38,494 nucleotides of DNA from a virus (Duplodnaviria; Caudoviricetes): the IMG/VR virus record IMGVR_UViG_3300032608_000443, positions 1 to 38,494 of that record. The stretch is one strand, 5' to 3'. The translations under genes were made by a program, and so were the position numbers. The notes below the pieces were generated by a model. It was not told where the DNA came from and made no database searches. It saw only the letters and a program-made list of their open reading frames with translations. The stretch's first letter is position 1; every line of letters starts with the position of its first letter. Positions 36,832 to 38,494 of this stretch are shown piece by piece.

Positions 36832-37148
36832 TTAAACCATACCCCTCTTATCCCAAGTCCTATTATTAACATAGCTATACCTGCTATAAGCTTCCACATG
36901 CGCCCCATAGCTACATCTATCCCTTTAACTTTCTCCACCTGAGCACTACAAGGCAGCTTATCCAGTTTACAATTAACCTCTTTAAAGCTTTCCTTGATCA
37001 AGTCACTACGCTCTTTACTGTGCTGATCATGGTTACGCCACTGCTCCTTCTGGAATTTAAGGCGTTCATCACTAGTAGCTTCTATCCTAGTTAAGCGCTC
37101 ATTGATCTTAAGCTTCTCAAGAGTTAATCCATTAGGTGTATCACCCAT
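36828..37148 (-). CDS. Coiled-coil protein with C-terminal transmembrane segment (XhlA/holin-like)
   Basis: ERLTRIE; C-terminal WKLIAGIAMLIIGLGI. Confidence 0.55.
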   Translation of the reverse strand: MGDTPNGLTLEKLKINERLTRIEATSDERLKFQKEQWRNHDQHSKERSDLIKESFKEVNCKLDKLPCSAQVEKVKGIDVAMGRMWKLIAGIAMLIIGLGIRGVWFK

Positions 37149-37157
37149 GTTGCCCTC

Positions 37158-37532
37158 CTATTCAAACCCGTGTTTAGTTTTGTTCTCTTCGTCTTTTTCT
37201 TTTGCCTTTGCCTCTACGGCGGGTATTTTATTCCCAGCGCTGGCTTGTTCTAAGAGATGACTAGCAAACTCTTTATCTATGATAGCCAGTTTCTGCTTAT
37301 AAGTAAGGTCATCATAAGGTATTACTACATCTTTTTCATCCCGTATCTTAAAACGGTGTTTATAGATATTCCTTGCCGCATCATCAGAGGTATCAATAAT
37401 CTTCTGCTTTGGGCCGGTTCTTTCCCACTTAGCGGTAGCGTTATCACCATCAATGGTAACGGTGTATTCAGCCCACACTGGGAAAGCAATCATTATACAG
37501 ATTAAAAACATTACATACATTATGTATTTCAT
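37158..37532 (-). CDS. Hypothetical protein with signal peptide
   Basis: MKYIMYVMFLICIMIAFPVWA; AAGGAG RBS. Confidence 0.6.
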   Translation of the reverse strand: MKYIMYVMFLICIMIAFPVWAEYTVTIDGDNATAKWERTGPKQKIIDTSDDAARNIYKHRFKIRDEKDVVIPYDDLTYKQKLAIIDKEFASHLLEQASAGNKIPAVEAKAKEKDEENKTKHGFE

Positions 37533-37542
37533 AGTTTTCTCC

Positions 37543-38494
37543 TTATAGTGGTGTGCCTAATTTATCCCTTGTGTGAGTAAATAACATACCTCTTAACTCT
37601 ATATCATCAGCTATTGTATCATTACTCCCTGCCGCACTTAATCGTGTAATTCTAAAGAACATAGCTTGGTCTGTCGCAGAGGGTAATGCTAAAGCTGCAA
37701 ATGGGGCAATAATAAGCCCGTCAGAAGTTCCTGACGCTGTGCTCGTTACTGTTATAGTCGCCTGTGCTGCCGCAGTCGTATCTTCATTGGGGCTTATATA
37801 CAAATATTCAAGTTGCCATTCAGCATCACCAGGACTTACCCCGTTAGCAGACCAGCCAATCTTGAATACAGGGGCGACAGTTTTATCCATCTGGGTAGGA
37901 AGTTTAAGCGTGCCGCTTACCTCCTCCTGATTATCCGCAGGCGTTGCGTCAGAAAATCTCCAGGCTCCGCATATACCGTATTCTACAAATGTGGCAGGTT
38001 TAGCACCAGGAGCTTTTACACCACTGGCGGTGATATATGTATCTACTGTTATTCTTCCCTCTCCCACCATAGTCTGAATTCCGTCTAACCCAATTTGAGT
38101 ATAGTTGGTAGCGTCATCTCCAAAGCGTGAAGTGCCTACTACGCTTAAATCAGCACTTGGCGCAGTAACTCCTATCCCAACCTCACCATCAGCTATCTCA
38201 CCATAAATCAAGTCCCCAATATTAAGAAAGCTATTAGTATTGTTAGCGGGTGCGTCTATGTCGTAACCAATTATAATATTAGCTGAACCAGTCGTTGTAA
38301 GATTACCAGCCTGATAACCAACAAAGACATTATGACCGCCGGAGGTAACATTGTATCCAGACCCTCTACCAATAGCTACATTACCATCAGCGTCATTGGC
38401 GGCGTTCTCTAACGCCTCTGCTCCTATCGCTACGCAGTATTCAGGGTTTTGGTTAGTAGCCCCTTGCATAGCTGTCCAGCCAATAGCGGTATTA
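37543..38494 (-). CDS. Tail fibre / spike protein, 5' end outside the window
   Basis: YadA-like N.AIG/NVFVGYQAG repeats; VGIG..AP...L.V.G; frame open to the window edge. Confidence 0.65.
   Translation of the reverse strand, partial: NTAIGWTAMQGATNQNPEYCVAIGAEALENAANDADGNVAIGRGSGYNVTSGGHNVFVGYQAGNLTTTGSANIIIGYDIDAPANNTNSFLNIGDLIYGEIADGEVGIGVTAPSADLSVVGTSRFGDDATNYTQIGLDGIQTMVGEGRITVDTYITASGVKAPGAKPATFVEYGICGAWRFSDATPADNQEEVSGTLKLPTQMDKTVAPVFKIGWSANGVSPGDAEWQLEYLYISPNEDTTAAAQATITVTSTASGTSDGLIIAPFAALALPSATDQAMFFRITRLSAAGSNDTIADDIELRGMLFTHTRDKLGTPL

Noticed and set aside
1-38494. Genome-wide stop-codon reassignment
   Set aside because: Long genes are intact under code 11, and TGA, TAG and TAA all end genes at coupled junctions.

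Overview
The window looks like most of the genome of a tailed phage with podovirus-type morphogenesis genes. The host is probably a diderm bacterium, judging from a phage-encoded outer-membrane beta-barrel, sigma70 promoters and AGGAGG ribosome-binding sites. The + strand (1-9358) is an early/accessory region: small ORFs, a type I hammerhead ribozyme just upstream of an Rnl2-like RNA ligase, an ATP-dependent DNA ligase, a MoxR/CobS-type AAA+ ATPase, a HExxH/vWA partner, a probable Ku-like protein and an HTH regulator. The - strand carries replication and recombination genes (PD-(D/E)XK exonuclease, Sak4-like ATPase, DUF669-like SSB, replication initiator, HNH-like protein, resolvase). It also carries a virion module (adaptor, nozzle, ejection proteins including a 2301-aa protein, tail fibre). 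Most unusual signals: (1) one amphipathic helix, L-Q-[DE]-V-I-D-Q-[EQ]-V-x-x-L-(G), is appended to at least six unrelated small proteins, two of which lie inside the AAA+/vWA operon; (2) that operon contains two structured RNAs with the same fold and covarying stems; (3) a DIP1984-like gene is followed by a ~225-nt structured RNA with repeated UUGU(C/A)A sites; (4) an orphan paralogue of the giant ejection protein's C-terminus follows it directly. All family calls come from reading motifs by eye; no searches or folding programs were run.
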